DNA from: Promethearchaeota archaeon
GTDB lineage: Archaea; Asgardarchaeota; Lokiarchaeia; Sigyniarchaeales; SOKP01
DNA: 64,000 bases
Direction: 5' to 3'
Assembly: GCA_030599585.1 (NCBI GenBank)
Contig: JAUVNS010000007.1
Location: 192,001-256,000, forward strand
Below are positions 61,756 through 64,000 of the stretch, one piece after another. The first letter of the stretch is position 1. The number at the start of each line of letters is the position of its first letter. Below the pieces are notes generated by a model. The model searched no databases. It was not told the DNA's origin and saw nothing but the letters and a program-made list of their open reading frames with translations. The translations under genes and the position numbers were made by a program.

Positions 61756-61908
61756 ATGAATGCTGTCGCTTGCAAAGAATGTGGTTATTCTTTTGAAGAT
61801 AAGGAACCTGGAAAATATTATTGCCCTAATTGCTCCAAAGAAATGAAATTCATGAAGATTGAAGCTTTTTGTGGCGCGAAACCAGGAGAACTTTACGCGA
61901 AAGAATAA
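61756..61908 (+). CDS. Zinc-finger microprotein, Cys-containing paralog of 60301-60414
   Basis: MNAVACKECGYSFEDKEPGKYYCPNCSKEMKFMKIEAFCGAKPGELYAKE; TATA-like TTTTATAA at 61726-61733, 22 nt upstream, suggests a leaderless start at 61756 rather than 61669. Confidence 0.78.
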   Translation: MNAVACKECGYSFEDKEPGKYYCPNCSKEMKFMKIEAFCGAKPGELYAKE

Positions 61909-62043
61909 TAAAATAAAAAAAAAAAATAGAGATTTTTAGGTTACTTTTTCCTTTTTTTACGCTCTACTAATACATTTATCTTAATCTTGTGAATTGTAAG
62001 TTTTAAGATCAAAATTATAAGCATAACTACTTTTTTATACTCT

Positions 62044-62751
62044 ATGACTGAAGCTTTATACATGAACGACTCCTATTTAAAGAAATGGGATGCAAAAGTT
62101 ATTTCTGTGAAAGACGATAAATTCATTGTCCTTAATAAAACCGCATTCTATCCTAAAGGAGGTGGCCAACCATGGGACGAGGGGTATATTATCAAAAATG
62201 GTGAGAAATTCAAGGTAGTATATGTAGGCAAATTTTCTGGAGAAATCAGCCACGAAGTAGAGAATCCTGGACTAAAAGAAGGAGACATAGTTTCGTGCGA
62301 AATCGATTGGGAGAGGCGATATACATATATGCGATACCATACTGCTTGTCATCTTCTTTCAAATCTGCTATATCGTAGAACGAACGCTAAAATCACGGGC
62401 AACCAGATTGAATTGGACAAAGCAAGAATGGATTTCTCTATGGAGGATTATTCACCAGAAAAGTTACAGACCTATGTTGAAGAAGCTAATGAAATTATTA
62501 ATCAAGACCTTCCAATCACTATTGAGACGATGGCTAAAGCCGCAGTTTTAGGCGAACCCGAGCTTGCAAGATTAGCAGTTGGCTTACCCAAAAATTTACA
62601 AGAATTCCGTATAGTTAAAATTGGAGACATCGATAAACAAGTTGACGGTGGAACCCATGTTAAAAATCTCAAAGAAATTGGCGAAATTCAGATGACCAAA
62701 ACTGTAAATAAGGGAAAGAAAAATAGGAGATTGTATTTCATACTCAAGTAA
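62044..62751 (+). CDS. alaX: Alanyl-tRNA editing protein AlaX-M
   Basis: TAFYPKGGGQPWDEG, IDWERRY..MRYHTACHLL, ARMDF, DGGTHV. Confidence 0.93.
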   Translation: MTEALYMNDSYLKKWDAKVISVKDDKFIVLNKTAFYPKGGGQPWDEGYIIKNGEKFKVVYVGKFSGEISHEVENPGLKEGDIVSCEIDWERRYTYMRYHTACHLLSNLLYRRTNAKITGNQIELDKARMDFSMEDYSPEKLQTYVEEANEIINQDLPITIETMAKAAVLGEPELARLAVGLPKNLQEFRIVKIGDIDKQVDGGTHVKNLKEIGEIQMTKTVNKGKKNRRLYFILK

Positions 62752-62841
62752 TTAACAAGCAAAACAGCTAATCTTTATTATTCTTTTTAAAACTCAATTT
62801 TTTACAAAAATGTTAAATACAAACTTATTTTACTTAGTCTT

Positions 62842-62857
62842 TGATCGTCTTCGATCA
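62842..62857. promoter_or_regulatory. Palindromic putative operator TGATCG-N4-CGATCA
   Basis: Perfect 6-bp inverted repeat; related TGATC-N3-GATCA at 62930-62942, upstream of the 62973 gene. Confidence 0.35.
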
Positions 62858-62972
62858 GTAATCCGATATTAAATAATGTTTTATGAATATTTATTTGAAA
62901 TTTATAAAGCTATTTGTTTGTAAATCTCTTGATCGATGATCATTTTTAAATCAAAAAAAAGGTAAAAAGAAA

Positions 62973-63500
62973 ATGAATAAAACAAAAAAAATGAGTATTT
63001 TATTTGCAACAATAGGTATCTTGGCGTTCAGTTTAATTCCCGCAGTTAGCGCAGGCGTTCCTGGTCACATGAAGGAGCGCCCGACGTACAATAATCTTGC
63101 AGCGCCTTGGTTTCCCTGGATTCCAGATGATTTGCCGTTTAGCGCTTCAGAAGACCTCTATTTTAGAATGGGCTGGTACACAAGTCCTGAAGAAATAGAA
63201 GAGGATATTGCTCCTAAACATCCATGGAAAATTAAACTCTTTATTAACGATGAGGAAATCAATTTACAAAGATTTGGTTTTATAGGTGACAAAGTAAAAG
63301 TCTCATTCTGGTATCACGTCTTTGGACCGGGATATTTTGAAGCGGGCGGAGAATACCTTTTAAGATGGGAATTCTGGGTACGACGACCTTACATGGGAGA
63401 TGGCTTAAATCATTGGAGAATTATGGTAGATCATTGGGGATTATATCTTCCTATGGGTGCTGAATGGTGTTTTGAATATTATTTAAATATTGTTGCATAA
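62973..63500 (+). CDS. Secreted hypothetical protein
   Basis: Signal peptide (KKMSILF...PAVSA); Trp/Tyr-rich, beta-strand-like mature part. Confidence 0.75.
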   Translation: MNKTKKMSILFATIGILAFSLIPAVSAGVPGHMKERPTYNNLAAPWFPWIPDDLPFSASEDLYFRMGWYTSPEEIEEDIAPKHPWKIKLFINDEEINLQRFGFIGDKVKVSFWYHVFGPGYFEAGGEYLLRWEFWVRRPYMGDGLNHWRIMVDHWGLYLPMGAEWCFEYYLNIVA

Positions 63501-63545
63501 ATATTTGATACATTAAATTAAACAACAAAATTAATTAAATATAAA

Positions 63546-63627
63546 ATATAGAAAGCGGAGGAAAAAGTTTAGATAAAATGGCTTCTCGAAAGACCACACC
63601 TAAACCAATTACCCTCCTACTCTATAT
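63546..63627 (-). ncRNA. Candidate structured RNA (long interrupted hairpin with UUCG loop)
   Basis: On the minus strand GGAGG/CCUCC, GUUUAGGU/AUCUAAAC, GUGGU/GCCAU and CU-UUCG-AG; the mismatches become G-U pairs only on this strand. Confidence 0.45.
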
Positions 63628-63855
63628 ATCTTTTTTTTCTTTTTATAATTTTGTATAAAATTCTATTATTCTCTTAGTAAAAACCTAAAGATAGCAATTA
63701 ATCTTAAAACTCAAATCAAAATTATACTGAGAATCGTGGAATTCATGAATTAAATAGTAAATATAGCATTACTTTTTTGTACGTTAAAATATAATTAAGA
63801 CTAAAGATTACATTAATAATTTAATTATAAAGACAATAACGAGCTCTATACAATT

Positions 63856-64000
63856 ATGAAAGATATCTGTAAGGATTGTGGAAAATGCTGTATTGAAACA
63901 GAGATGCTCTTATCTAGTTATGATATCGATCGTATTAAAAATGATAACCCCAAACATTTAAAAATAGCCAATTTTGCGCGAAAAACCGAAGAAGGATTTA
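63856..64000 (+). CDS. YkgJ/CxxCxxCC cysteine-cluster protein, 3'-truncated by window edge
   Basis: MKDICKDCGKCCIETEMLLSSYDIDRI. Confidence 0.8.
   Translation, partial: MKDICKDCGKCCIETEMLLSSYDIDRIKNDNPKHLKIANFARKTEEGF

Noticed and set aside
62644-62658. AlaX DGGTH instead of CGGTH
   Set aside because: To my knowledge a common variant in archaeal AlaX-M, so not evidence of novelty
1-64000. rRNA, tRNA (including tRNA-Sec), CRISPR arrays, transposases, integrases
   Set aside because: None recognised by eye; no regularly spaced repeats or cloverleaf-like GC-rich segments were seen

Overview
AT-rich archaeal window, most likely Lokiarchaeia/Asgard. This is inferred from two longin-like proteins, an SDS22-type LRR protein, a UEV/E2-like-JAMM fusion, AlaX-M and GGTG(A) ribosome-binding motifs. 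It is mostly metabolic. A TCA-related block holds a 2-oxoacid:ferredoxin oxidoreductase, SdhAB/FrdAB, FumC, two citrate synthases and two aconitases. Further along are a 2-hydroxyacyl-CoA dehydratase pair, a GH2 beta-glucuronidase, several CCG/4Fe-4S/FAD oxidoreductases paired or fused with SCP2-like domains, CooC, transporters and several gene remnants. No rRNA, tRNA, CRISPR array or transposase was recognised. The top finding is absent from the ORF track: a zinc-finger micro-ORF at 60301-60414 ending UGA-UAG. Its UGA aligns without gaps to a Cys in a neighbouring paralog (61756-61908), and it is followed by a 3'-UTR structure with two nested AUGA...GA SECIS-like cores. This makes it a candidate new Asgard selenoprotein with C-terminal Sec. 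Also notable are a longin/beta-sandwich/TIR fusion, a probable ATT start codon, a high-GC paralog inside a recombination scar, and a G-U-rich hairpin RNA candidate. All calls come from reading motifs by eye; no searches were run.
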